A stretch of DNA of 64,000 nucleotides from Alphaproteobacteria bacterium (GTDB taxonomy: Bacteria > Pseudomonadota > Alphaproteobacteria > RF32 > CAG-239): assembly GCA_017935485.1 (NCBI GenBank), contig JAGBHO010000016.1, positions 5,882-69,881 on the forward strand, given 5' to 3'. Under the pieces are notes generated by a model, which did no database searches, was not told where the DNA came from, and was given only the letters and a program-made list of their open reading frames with translations. The position numbers and the translations under genes were made by a program. Below are positions 19,118-28,819 of the stretch, one piece after another; position 1 is the stretch's first letter; every line of letters begins with the position of its first letter.

Positions 19118-19309
19118 TTCAATCCCTTTCTTAATTAAAATATTTGGATTTTTCTTTGAGTCGTCAGGCATGCCAAAACGCCCGAACCACTCTGTTCACG
19201 AGGTTTTATACTATCAACTTTCCCAAATTGCAAGCACTTTTTCTCACAAGATACAAAAAAATGGTCTGATCGCATGATCAGACCGTTTTTCTTAAACAAA
19301 AGCGGAAAC

Positions 19310-19963
19310 TCAACTGTTTCGCTCAAAAACAAAGTTATGCCCGTCAAATTTTGCAACGGCATTTTGTTTTGTCAGAGGGATTGTCTGCGGTTCGTGCAGC
19401 TCGAAAAATATTTTTCCGGCCGCCCACTGGCAATTCAAACCGGTCAAAAGCCGCAGATACGAATTCTCAAACACGCCGTAAAACGGAAAATCATTAAACA
19501 GCCCCGGCTGCAGCCTCAATTCTCCGCGCCAGACCGCATCCCAATACGCACCGTCCTTCTCGGTCAGCAAAAAGGCCTGAGCTTTTTGCAGTGCCGCCTG
19601 TTCGTTCACCGGAAAAGTATAGTCTTCTTTATAATCCAGATAGAACCGGTAACAGCCCAGACGCTTTCTGATCGTAAAACGCAGAAACCCGTTTTCAACA
19701 TATTCCTTATCAAAAACCACAGGCCCTTTAGGCAACTGTTCGGCGCCGTCAATATAGGGAAGAACCTGCTTTTCGTTCGTATCCGGACGCCAGACCCAAA
19801 AAGACTTGCTGCCGTCAGACTTCATAACCTCAACCGCAAACACATAATACCCGTCCTTACGGAAAAGATTTAATTCCCCTGCCGTTTCAAACAAACCGTT
19901 TTGCTTGTTCTTTGCAAAAAATGCAATAAGGCTTTCTCTGATTTTTTCTGTACTCAGTTTCAT
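19310..19963 (-). CDS. hypothetical protein
   Basis: 217-aa ORF, no recognisable motif. Confidence 0.65.
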   Translation of the reverse strand: MKLSTEKIRESLIAFFAKNKQNGLFETAGELNLFRKDGYYVFAVEVMKSDGSKSFWVWRPDTNEKQVLPYIDGAEQLPKGPVVFDKEYVENGFLRFTIRKRLGCYRFYLDYKEDYTFPVNEQAALQKAQAFLLTEKDGAYWDAVWRGELRLQPGLFNDFPFYGVFENSYLRLLTGLNCQWAAGKIFFELHEPQTIPLTKQNAVAKFDGHNFVFERNS

Positions 19964-20073
19964 ATGTAAATAATTTAAATGATAATAAAATAATGTTCGG
20001 GAACTATAACATCTTTAATTCAAACGTCAAGTCTCCCGAACCGGTAACCTCAAACACATATTATAAACGATTG

Positions 20074-20931
20074 TTACAACCCCTGCCCTTCCGTTCCGTC
20101 AGACGCCTCGCTCCCCGCATTCCCGTCTTTCTCCTGCAGACCGTCGCCTTCCGGTGTTTTTTCTGCATTTGCGCCGGCATTTTCTCCGGCTCCGGCTTCA
20201 GCCTTCGTCATACTTCCGTCTTCCGCCGGTTCTTCATCCTCAGCGGGGCTGCTTTTGCCTTCCGCTTCGGCGGCATTATCCCTGCCTTCAGACTGCATAT
20301 CGTCTCCGCCGACCTCATCTGCAGAAACGCTTTCACTAGCCGGAGCGGTATTCTCTTCCGGATAATATTTTTCTTTCACCGCTTTAATTTTTTCCTCTTT
20401 TTCTGAAGAGGTTAAGGCCGGATTTTCGTTAATTTCCTTAACTTCGGCTTCCGCCGCCACTGCCTTTGCAATCATCTCGTCATGCAAGGCCTCCTGCTCC
20501 GGCGTTAACACCGGCAAAGGCTCGCCGTATTGTGCCACGTCAGGATTGCGGTCTTTTCTGGACGGCTCTTCGCGATAAGCCTGACGGGCATAATATTCCT
20601 GCAGTTCGGCGCTGTTAACCTTGCCGTCGCGATTGGTGTCCATTTCTTTAAACTGTTCTTCCGGCGTTTTGTAAGTTCCGTTTTTTTTGGCTGCGCGGAT
20701 TTCTTTTTCTTCCCGCCGGCTGAGCTTCAGATTTTTCAAATCGGAAAGCGTAAATTCCTTATCATCGCCGGAAATTCCCATCCGCCTCATCATGGACTTG
20801 GTTTCCCTGTCACCCAGACGCTGATATTTGTCTTCATAAGACTTGGAAAGATAACTCTTGGCAACGGCCTGCCCGAACAATGCTCCCGACAAAACCGCAC
20901 CGGCCGCCAACATCAGAAAAAATCTTTTCAT
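20074..20931 (-). CDS. secreted EF-hand protein with acidic low-complexity tail
   Basis: Signal peptide; FKEMDTNRDGKVNSAEL canonical EF-hand loop; E/D/G/A-rich C-terminus. Confidence 0.75.
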   Translation of the reverse strand: MKRFFLMLAAGAVLSGALFGQAVAKSYLSKSYEDKYQRLGDRETKSMMRRMGISGDDKEFTLSDLKNLKLSRREEKEIRAAKKNGTYKTPEEQFKEMDTNRDGKVNSAELQEYYARQAYREEPSRKDRNPDVAQYGEPLPVLTPEQEALHDEMIAKAVAAEAEVKEINENPALTSSEKEEKIKAVKEKYYPEENTAPASESVSADEVGGDDMQSEGRDNAAEAEGKSSPAEDEEPAEDGSMTKAEAGAGENAGANAEKTPEGDGLQEKDGNAGSEASDGTEGQGL

Positions 20932-20942
20932 TTTCTCTCCGC

Positions 20943-21665
20943 TTAATAAAAATTCTCGTTTTTGATAAAGCTTGACGCCCGCATATCAATCAGCTTGCCG
21001 TCTTTAAGGGTGACTTTCCGATCCATCTTGTCAGCCAGCTCAAAATTATGCGTTGCAATCAGCGCCGACAATTTTGTTTCTTTCACAATCGACAACAACT
21101 CCAGAAAAACCCCTTCCGACGTCCGCGGATCCAGATTTCCCGTCGGTTCGTCCGCCAACAGCAGTTTGGGAGAATTCGCCAAAGCCCGTGCAATCGCTAC
21201 CCGCTGCTGTTCTCCGCCGGAAAGCTCGCTCGGCCTGTGTGCCAGACGCCGGCCCAAACCCAACCGGTTCAACAGCCATTTGGCCTTTTCATTGGCCACT
21301 TTCTGCCCCACGCCTGCAATCAGCTGCGGAAGCGCCACATTTTCGGTCGCCGAAAAATCTCCGAGCAGGTTATGATACTGGTACACAAATCCCAGATAGT
21401 CCCGCCGCAAACCGGTACGGGCGTTATCGCCGAGCTTGCTGCATTTCTGCCCGTCCAGCCAAACATCGCCTTTTGTCGGCTTTTCCAACAGGCCGGCAAT
21501 CTGAAGCAGCGTCGACTTCCCGGAACCGGACGGCCCGATAAGCGCCACAATCTCCCCGGGAGCAATGGCAAAATCCACACCTTTCAAAACTTCCAGCTTG
21601 GCAGAACCCTGCTTAAAAGTTTTGACCACGTTTTTAAGTTCTAAAGTCGGCATTTGTTTATTCAT
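20943..21665 (-). CDS. lolD: lipoprotein-releasing ABC transporter ATPase
   Basis: [41 protein letters not shown]; follows lolC/E. Confidence 0.92.
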   Translation of the reverse strand: MNKQMPTLELKNVVKTFKQGSAKLEVLKGVDFAIAPGEIVALIGPSGSGKSTLLQIAGLLEKPTKGDVWLDGQKCSKLGDNARTGLRRDYLGFVYQYHNLLGDFSATENVALPQLIAGVGQKVANEKAKWLLNRLGLGRRLAHRPSELSGGEQQRVAIARALANSPKLLLADEPTGNLDPRTSEGVFLELLSIVKETKLSALIATHNFELADKMDRKVTLKDGKLIDMRASSFIKNENFY

Positions 21666-22905
21666 AACGCAGCGCCTCCACCGGATCAAATTTTGCGGCC
21701 CGATAAGCCGGATACAAGGTTGCCAGAAAAGACAACAACAAAGAGATTGACGCAACCACGGACACTTCCGTCACATCGACTTTTGCCGGCAGTTTTGACA
21801 AGAAATAAATCTCGGCCGAAAACAGCTCGCGTCCGGAAAGTCCTTCCAAAAACTGGCGGATGGTCTCAATATTATAACAAACCAGCAGCCCCAAAATCAC
21901 GCCCAAAATAGTCCCGACCACGCCGATGAACGCGCCGTCCAGAAAGAAAATCCGCATAATGGAACCTTTGCCGGCGCCCATCGTCCGCAAAACGGCAATA
22001 TCCCGCCCTTTGTCTTTCACCAGCATAATCAGTCCGGTAATAATGTTAAAAGCGGCCACCAGAATAATCATGGTCAAAATCAAAAACATCACGTTTCTTT
22101 CCACGTCAATGGCATTAAAGAAAGCGGCATTTGTCTGCTTCCAGTCAAAGACATAAGCCCCTCCGCCGATACTTTCCTCAATGGCACGCCTTACCGGCCG
22201 CAGCATATTTTCATCGTCCAGCGTCACGTCAATATGGCTGACGGCGCCTTTCATGCCAAAATAAGTCTGCGCGGTCTCCAAAGGCATAAAAATATAGTTG
22301 GCGTCATATTCAAACATTCCGACCTCAAACGTGCCGATCACCTTATAAGATTTCATCCGCGGCACGGTACCGAAAGCCGTCACTTTGCCGTTGGGAGAAA
22401 TCAGCGTAATTTCATCCCCCGGCACAATTCCCATTTTATTGGCCAAACGGGAACCGACAATCACGCTGTTGCCCTCAAATTCTTCCATATTCACCAGAGA
22501 AAGCGCCGTTTTCAACACCGGCCGCCGAAGCAGATCCTGCCGGCTGATTCCGCGCACCATAGCGCCCTCCGCCGCTTTTCCGGCTGAAACCAGCAGTTGG
22601 TTCTCAATCATCGGAATCACAAACTTCACATGCTCAAACTCGCCGATTTCCTTAACGGCCGTTTTGTAATTGTTAAAAGGATAGCCGGCCGGCGACATAA
22701 TTCCGATATGGCCGTTCAAACCGAGAATACGGGACAAAAGCTCCTGCCGGAAGCCGTTCATCACCGACATCACGATAATCAGCGTTGCCACCCCGAGCGC
22801 GATTCCGGTAAAAGCAAAACCGGTAATCACTGAAATAAAGCCCTCTTTGCGCTTGGCCCGCAAATACCTTTTGGCCACAAAACGTTCAAATTTTGAAAAA
22901 AGCAT
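21658..22905 (-). CDS. lolC: lipoprotein-releasing ABC transporter permease LolC/E
   Basis: [45 protein letters not shown]. Confidence 0.93.
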   Translation of the reverse strand: MLFSKFERFVAKRYLRAKRKEGFISVITGFAFTGIALGVATLIIVMSVMNGFRQELLSRILGLNGHIGIMSPAGYPFNNYKTAVKEIGEFEHVKFVIPMIENQLLVSAGKAAEGAMVRGISRQDLLRRPVLKTALSLVNMEEFEGNSVIVGSRLANKMGIVPGDEITLISPNGKVTAFGTVPRMKSYKVIGTFEVGMFEYDANYIFMPLETAQTYFGMKGAVSHIDVTLDDENMLRPVRRAIEESIGGGAYVFDWKQTNAAFFNAIDVERNVMFLILTMIILVAAFNIITGLIMLVKDKGRDIAVLRTMGAGKGSIMRIFFLDGAFIGVVGTILGVILGLLVCYNIETIRQFLEGLSGRELFSAEIYFLSKLPAKVDVTEVSVVASISLLLSFLATLYPAYRAAKFDPVEALRYE

Positions 22906-23061
22906 GCACAAATCTCTCCCTGAATCCTGCTTTATTTATAAGGACAATCTGCATCTTTTGCAACCACTCATCCGGCAATGTGTATAAAAATTCTCACTTT
23001 TAATACTTTTCTAAACATTCGTAACATAGAATAGTTTTATCTGGCTCAATAGGAAATAACA

Positions 23062-24534
23062 ATGGCAAAATATAAAAACATTCTGCTCACCACAGCATTT
23101 TTGTTTTTTCTGGGAATACAAGACGGCATCCTCGGACAAACGGTTTTAAAAACGGCTGACAACTTTTTCTTCTGGCTGATATCTGCTCTTGGCGCAATGT
23201 TTTGGGGGGCTTTGCTGTTCCTTCCGCGTTTTGCCTATATATTGCTTCTGCTTTTTCAATCCGTTCTTTTCGGCATCGTCTTCATCTGGCACAAATATTT
23301 CAAAGATGCCATGCCGTTTGAACTGTTATGGCAGCGTTTTTCGGTCGGTCTGGATTTTGCAAAAAAATCAACCGAAACATTCAGCTCTCCGGTTTTATGG
23401 CTGATTTTGGGCATGGGACTTGTAAATATTGCGGTTTACTTATTGTCATCCCGCCGCATTCGTAAAATCTATGCCGTTTATTTTCTCATTCCGCTAAGCT
23501 TATTCTATTTTTTCGTCTTCAACATTGCCGGCATTCTCCGCCCGATTGCCTTTGATGAAGATGCCTGCAAATATTTAGGCTACAAAACCTGCTGGCTTCA
23601 TGAGCTCGCCTGCAAAATAAAATACGAAAACAAAACGGAAGACATTATAAAACAACTAAACAAACTTCCGCCCGCAGTACCGGCAGCTCCGACGGCCAGC
23701 CGTCATGTTTATGTCATTCAGGTTGAAACTCTGGTATATGACGTGCTCAACAAAAGACTTCCGGACGGACGGGAAATCACACCCTATTTAAATCGCCTGT
23801 CACAAAACGGCAAAATTTATCACATAAAAGAATTCAAACACACCGCCAGCGCCAACACAGATTTTGCGGTCAACCTCGGCATGCCGATACCGGAAGGCTT
23901 TATCAACCACAATATATACAATGTTTTTTATGAACAAATTGCGCCGGAAGACATTTATCCTTATACGGAAACATTAGCGCAAAAAGCTCAAAAAAAAGGG
24001 TTTTCCACGTTCTTTTACCACAACTACCTCGGTACGTTTTTTAACCGCCGCCCTCACGTCACCGGCCAGGGATATGAGAACATATTTTTTTCCGAAGAGA
24101 TGGATAACCTGGGATATCAGGAAGAACTCTGGGGATATTCCGACAAAGACCTGACAGACTTTATTCTGAAAAAACAAAAAGGACAATCAGATAAAGCTCT
24201 GTTTACTTATATCATCACGGTCAGCTCGCACGCAGACTTCATCCTCTTGCACAACCCTGAGCCGTTACTGCCCAACGCCAAAGAGCCTGTCGAAAATTAT
24301 TACAACGCCATAAACTTCGTCGACAAGGCGCTAAAAAAATTGATAACAGAAAGCCCCGAAGATTCACTGTTCTTTATCTTCGGAGATCATGATTCGGAAC
24401 AAATATCAGCCAATTCTGTTCCGTTCATCATCTACAGCAAACAAAAGCGGCTGTCTGCACAAGGCGGAAAAATCACAACGGACCAAATGATTGCCCTTAT
24501 CCACGCCCAAGTAGAAAATGCTGACATAAAATAA
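23062..24534 (+). CDS. LTA synthase / sulfatase-like membrane phosphotransferase
   Basis: N-terminal TM helices; IQVET, TASANTDF, FFNR, TVSSH, FGDHD alkaline-phosphatase-superfamily motifs. Confidence 0.75.
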   Translation: MAKYKNILLTTAFLFFLGIQDGILGQTVLKTADNFFFWLISALGAMFWGALLFLPRFAYILLLLFQSVLFGIVFIWHKYFKDAMPFELLWQRFSVGLDFAKKSTETFSSPVLWLILGMGLVNIAVYLLSSRRIRKIYAVYFLIPLSLFYFFVFNIAGILRPIAFDEDACKYLGYKTCWLHELACKIKYENKTEDIIKQLNKLPPAVPAAPTASRHVYVIQVETLVYDVLNKRLPDGREITPYLNRLSQNGKIYHIKEFKHTASANTDFAVNLGMPIPEGFINHNIYNVFYEQIAPEDIYPYTETLAQKAQKKGFSTFFYHNYLGTFFNRRPHVTGQGYENIFFSEEMDNLGYQEELWGYSDKDLTDFILKKQKGQSDKALFTYIITVSSHADFILLHNPEPLLPNAKEPVENYYNAINFVDKALKKLITESPEDSLFFIFGDHDSEQISANSVPFIIYSKQKRLSAQGGKITTDQMIALIHAQVENADIK

Positions 24535-24536
24535 GC

Positions 24537-25433
24537 TTACCGGCCGCGGACCTGCTGCCAGAGGAACTGTCCGAAAAATTCGGCGGCATAATTTTTATTT
24601 TTGGCGGCATTTCGGGCAGAATCACGCATATGTTCTATCTTAGGCTCTTTAGAAGCTTCAAACATCTGCCGGTATGAAAGCTTGATATCGTCTATCATCG
24701 CATTATTGTAACGCACAAACTCCCTCATTTGCAAAATATCTGACATCAGGCGGAAAGCCTCGTTGTCTTTGCGATAGTACGGCCGGCTTCCCCAGTAACT
24801 GTCTTTGGCAGCAGACGGGATTTCTGCAATTCTGCGCTCCAAATCCGAGTCGGATTCATCCAAAAGGTTCGCTCGCTCTGTCCCGTAACGATAAGCCTGC
24901 CGCGCAACTTTTTCCACAACCAAATCACGAAAAATTTTTACATTGCGCAAATATCCCTCATCAGCATAAGCTGAAAGAGAATCCGCCAGCAAATCTTTCA
25001 TCTCATTGCATTTTTTGTCCAGAGAATCTCTTTCGACACGGGAAAAGCGGCGGTGTCCGGCTTTCCAACCGGCTGCCAGCTTTCGGGCATCAATACTTTT
25101 AGGCTCGCGCAGGCGGAATTTTTCAAAAGCAACCCCCGGATTATCCTCCAATCGGGCATTTCTGACCTTTTCAATCTCGCTGACTTTCAGTCCGGAGGCG
25201 TCATATTCGTAAAAACGAAACTTATTTGCCTTGATTTTAAGCAGCTTGATTTCTTCCTGATATTTGTTTTCTTTCTGCAAAAACTCGGTTTTTAGCCTGT
25301 CAATTTCATCCTGATAAGCCGAACGCTGGTGTCTGCAGCTGAATCCCCAGACCAAAGCCGTTGCCGCCGCCGTCAGCAGCAGACGCTTAAACTTAGGCTT
25401 TTTCAGCCTTTTGAAAATCTTTTGTTCAATCAT
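24537..25433 (-). CDS. hypothetical membrane-anchored coiled-coil protein
   Basis: Hydrophobic segment LLLTAAATALVWGFSC, helical body, basic C-terminus QQVRGR. Confidence 0.65.
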   Translation of the reverse strand: MIEQKIFKRLKKPKFKRLLLTAAATALVWGFSCRHQRSAYQDEIDRLKTEFLQKENKYQEEIKLLKIKANKFRFYEYDASGLKVSEIEKVRNARLEDNPGVAFEKFRLREPKSIDARKLAAGWKAGHRRFSRVERDSLDKKCNEMKDLLADSLSAYADEGYLRNVKIFRDLVVEKVARQAYRYGTERANLLDESDSDLERRIAEIPSAAKDSYWGSRPYYRKDNEAFRLMSDILQMREFVRYNNAMIDDIKLSYRQMFEASKEPKIEHMRDSARNAAKNKNYAAEFFGQFLWQQVRGR

Positions 25434-25785
25434 TGGAGCCTCTTTGCGATTCGTAATACCGTTACTATAACGCTTCCGACACAAAATTCAACAATTTTGT
25501 CACATAGAAGCAATGAAGAACCGTTTCTCTTCTTAATGGAAGATTAACAAAATTTTATATTTTTTATCGATTCGCATACTTTTTTCACTTGTCAGGAGTC
25601 CGGATTTATGGTATAAATAATATTGACAAAACATATTACTATATTTTCATACTATTTTGGAGCGAATGGTATTCTACATATCATTTCTTATTATTTTCAG
25701 TTAAAACTAAATTTTGAAATATCAATACCTTAGTTTATGCTCCTGACCGATTTCTCATCTGTTTAATTAAAAAAAATTTCATCTT

Positions 25786-27183
25786 ATGAATAAAAAAATT
25801 AATTTTACAGGGATTTTGGTCAGCATGCTGATCGCCCTGGTAGCTGTATTTTTCACATCTTGCGCAGACAGCGATGTTTACGGATTAGATGAAAAAATAA
25901 TAGAACAACCGGCTCAGCCTTCTGAACCGATTGCTCCGGTTGATACAATCGTATCTGTAACTATCGATGCAGACTATTCTTTAGTTTGTGTTGATTCAAC
26001 AGACTACGAAGCCGGCGCTTCCTTCAAATATGAAGGCAAAGGCTTCTGGTGGTTTGAATTAAAGGATGGTTCTTCCAAGAAAAGTGACGAGTTCTCTTGG
26101 AACTTCAACACAACTTTGTCTTGGACACCTGAGAGATTTATCATTCGCGAGAATGAGAAGATTTCTCTGCAGGGAGTAACTGTTAACCCGGTAAGCAACG
26201 GCATCAACGCTGTTGTTAATTTCGATCAGAACCTTAGCTTTGATGTTAAGGCTCGCACCGAAATGCCGGAAAATGTTAAAGTTGAAGGTTTTGAAGTTAC
26301 ATATCCCACAGTAAAATGTGTGGATATCAAGGTTTTGGAAGATGAAATCAGCTATACTGAGCTTGCTCAGGAAGCTGTCAGCGGTAAGTTGATGGATTGC
26401 TGGTTTGTAGAAATTCCGTGTTTGGCTATTTATGACAATGGTGATGCACATCGCTTTGTCATGACAGTTAAGATCGGTAAAGGTGCTTATGTTGAGCCTG
26501 ATCAGCCCAACGTACCCGATACCCCGGATCCTACTCCAACTCCCGAGGAACCTGAAACTCCGGTAACTCCTGAGGAACCTGAAACTCCGGTAACTCCCGA
26601 GGAACCCGAAACTCCGGTAACTCCTGAGGAACCTGAAACTCCGGTAACTCCCGAGGAACCTGAAACTCCGGTAACTCCTGAGGAACCTGAAACTCCGGTA
26701 ACTCCCGAGGAACCTGAAACTCCGGTAACTCCCGAGGAACCCGAAACTCCGGTAACTCCTGAAGAGCCCGAAACTCCGGCACAGCCAAGTATTGATGTTT
26801 ATGTTCCGTCTCAGATGGGCAGCATCATTTCAGCCGTTAAAACTATCGTTATTCGCGGTGGCGATGTAAAGAGTCAGACAACTTGTCTCTCTATCATTTG
26901 CGCAAACGGTGTTTACGCAAACATCGACGGTTCTTGGTATACATGGATGGGTACAAGCGCTATTTCTGCTACAAGCGGAAACGGTTCTTGGCAGCCGGCT
27001 GACATCCAGTGGTTCAACGGAAGCAATTCCAATGACGGCTGGTTGTATATGGGCAATGGTGCGACACAGGTATCCAAAGCAATGGTCATCACTTTCGCCA
27101 GCGGAACTCCGATGTTGGGTTCTTACAGCGGAAATGCTGACGGCACAATCACAATTGACGGTGTTGTTTACGGCATCCGTTAA
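25786..27183 (+). CDS. surface lipoprotein with Pro/Glu/Thr repeat stalk
   Basis: Lipobox FFTS-C followed by ADSDVYGL; (TPEEPETPV)n; C-terminal domain shared with 28820-32116. Confidence 0.85.
   Translation: MNKKINFTGILVSMLIALVAVFFTSCADSDVYGLDEKIIEQPAQPSEPIAPVDTIVSVTIDADYSLVCVDSTDYEAGASFKYEGKGFWWFELKDGSSKKSDEFSWNFNTTLSWTPERFIIRENEKISLQGVTVNPVSNGINAVVNFDQNLSFDVKARTEMPENVKVEGFEVTYPTVKCVDIKVLEDEISYTELAQEAVSGKLMDCWFVEIPCLAIYDNGDAHRFVMTVKIGKGAYVEPDQPNVPDTPDPTPTPEEPETPVTPEEPETPVTPEEPETPVTPEEPETPVTPEEPETPVTPEEPETPVTPEEPETPVTPEEPETPVTPEEPETPAQPSIDVYVPSQMGSIISAVKTIVIRGGDVKSQTTCLSIICANGVYANIDGSWYTWMGTSAISATSGNGSWQPADIQWFNGSNSNDGWLYMGNGATQVSKAMVITFASGTPMLGSYSGNADGTITIDGVVYGIR
26539..26781 (+). repeat. 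27-bp coding tandem repeat, 9 units
   Basis: ACTCCYGAGGAACCYGAAACTCCGGTA encoding TPEEPETPV (last unit TPEEPETPA). Confidence 0.97.
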
Positions 27184-27344
27184 TTGCTAATAAACTAAGA
27201 GCTGAGGGATTGGGGCTTTCCCGATCTTTCAGCCACAAGATATTTCTGCCGAGCACCCCTCGGCAACAAAAAAATTTAGTCTTTAATCCGCTTCACTCTC
27301 CTCTAAAAAAACACCTTGGAGGGTGGGGCACAAAAATTATTAAA

Positions 27345-28028
27345 ATGAGAACAAATAAAATTTTATTAGTAGTGATGATGGTAATGGCAGTAGTTAACTT
27401 CGTAAGTGCACAATCTCGTGCAACTTACCGCGACAGTCGTAAAATTACGACCACTGCGGAAAGAAGCTACCAAACCAATGGTGAAAGCCGCCGATATTTA
27501 AAAATCGATGGCAACACATCGTGGTACGGCAAAATTATCGGCGGATATGATCTGACCGATAAAGGCGCTCTTGGTGGCGCTGCCGTTGGTATCCGTATCA
27601 ATGCAGTTCGCATTGAAGCTGAGGGTACTTGGAGCCAGGAAAACCCGTCCGCTATGGGGCTGGTTAATGTTGACCTGATTAAAGGCCGCGTTATCCCGTT
27701 CTTAACAGCGGGTGCCGGTGCCGGAAAACAGTCAACTGGTTTCCAGTTGATTGAGAATGAAAGCACTGGAGAAATCCAGGGTGTAAACGTTCTCCGGAAG
27801 TTCCAGTTCCAGGCAACAGCCGGTGCTGGAGTTTCTTTCCGAGTTGCCCCGCATTGGCAGCTGGAAGCTTCTTACCGCTTCACGTTCTATCCAAGCGAGA
27901 AATCGTATAAAAACGATCGCCCCGCTTTGGTAGAAACAGTTGGAGAAAATGCCAAAAGAACCATTATGTCAGAAGAATTACACGACTTCGGACATAGCGT
28001 TCGCATAGCCCTTAGATATCACTTCTAA
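27345..28028 (+). CDS. small outer-membrane beta-barrel protein (OmpA/Opa-like)
   Basis: Signal peptide; VRIEAEG, PFLTAGAG, QATAGAGVSF, LEASYRF; C-terminal ALRYHF. Confidence 0.82.
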   Translation: MRTNKILLVVMMVMAVVNFVSAQSRATYRDSRKITTTAERSYQTNGESRRYLKIDGNTSWYGKIIGGYDLTDKGALGGAAVGIRINAVRIEAEGTWSQENPSAMGLVNVDLIKGRVIPFLTAGAGAGKQSTGFQLIENESTGEIQGVNVLRKFQFQATAGAGVSFRVAPHWQLEASYRFTFYPSEKSYKNDRPALVETVGENAKRTIMSEELHDFGHSVRIALRYHF

Positions 28029-28040
28029 GAGTTCTCTCAC

Positions 28041-28072
28041 AAAGAGTCGCAAACTACGGTTTGCGGCTCTTT
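28041..28072 (+). terminator. intrinsic terminator
   Basis: AAAGAGTCGCAAAC-TACG-GTTTGCGGCTCTTT. Confidence 0.75.
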
Positions 28073-28252
28073 CCATTTTAAACATCTTCATCTTCCCCCT
28101 CCTCCGCCATTTTCTCCCTTTTTTTCTTTTTCTCCTCCTTTTTTACCATTCTTTCCTTCCTCTTCTTTCACAACCTTTTTCTTCTCGCCCTCCTTTCCCC
28201 TCTTTTCCTTTCAGTCATCCTGCCTTTCCTGTCATCATCCTACCCTCTACTA

Positions 28253-28427
28253 TCATCCCGAGCGGAGCCGAGGGATCTATTAAAAAGATTTCTCCACACG
28301 CTCCGCTTAGTCGAAATGACGGTATGTTATAGCACTGTCATTCTCGGGCTGCGACCCGAGAATCCATAAAGAAACAGGCACTGTACCGGCTGTGAGATGG
28401 ATTGCCGGATCGAAGTCCGGCAATGAC
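28253..28427. repeat. two adjacent REP-like doublets
   Basis: TCATCCCGAGCGGAGCCGAGGGATCT...AGATTTCTCC...GTCGAAATGAC (28253-28320), then a copy of the 842-931 element (28337-28427). Confidence 0.8.
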
Positions 28428-28819
28428 AAATAAAGCTAATTTATTTGACTGAATTCTTCATTCCGTTCAGAATAACTGTCATTTTTCCTTCCTCTCTCCC
28501 CCTCTCTTCTCTTATTTTTCCGTCCCTTCTCCGACCTCTCCGCCCTCCTTTTCTCCAACTCGCCGCCCACAGATTCGCCAAAATTCCATATTGGACAAAT
28601 ATTTTACGTTTTCCTCAAAAAATTTGCATTTTTTACTTGCAAGTTACCGCAAAATGTACTATATTATAATTCAACAAAAAATTATTATGGGACAAAATTA
28701 TGATGGAATATTATTGAGCGGGAAATCTTTTCTTATAAAACAGAGATGAACACGCTAATATTTGTCCAAATTCCCAAATAATTTTTCAAAAGATTAATAA
28801 CCTCAAAAATTTATTAAAG

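Noticed and set aside
19118-19310. Missing infC upstream of rpmI
   Set aside because: rpmI-rplT-pheST without an adjacent infC is common in Alphaproteobacteria.
26539-26781. CRISPR array or iterons
   Set aside because: Head-to-tail 27-bp units with no spacers, in frame within a CDS and varying at synonymous positions.
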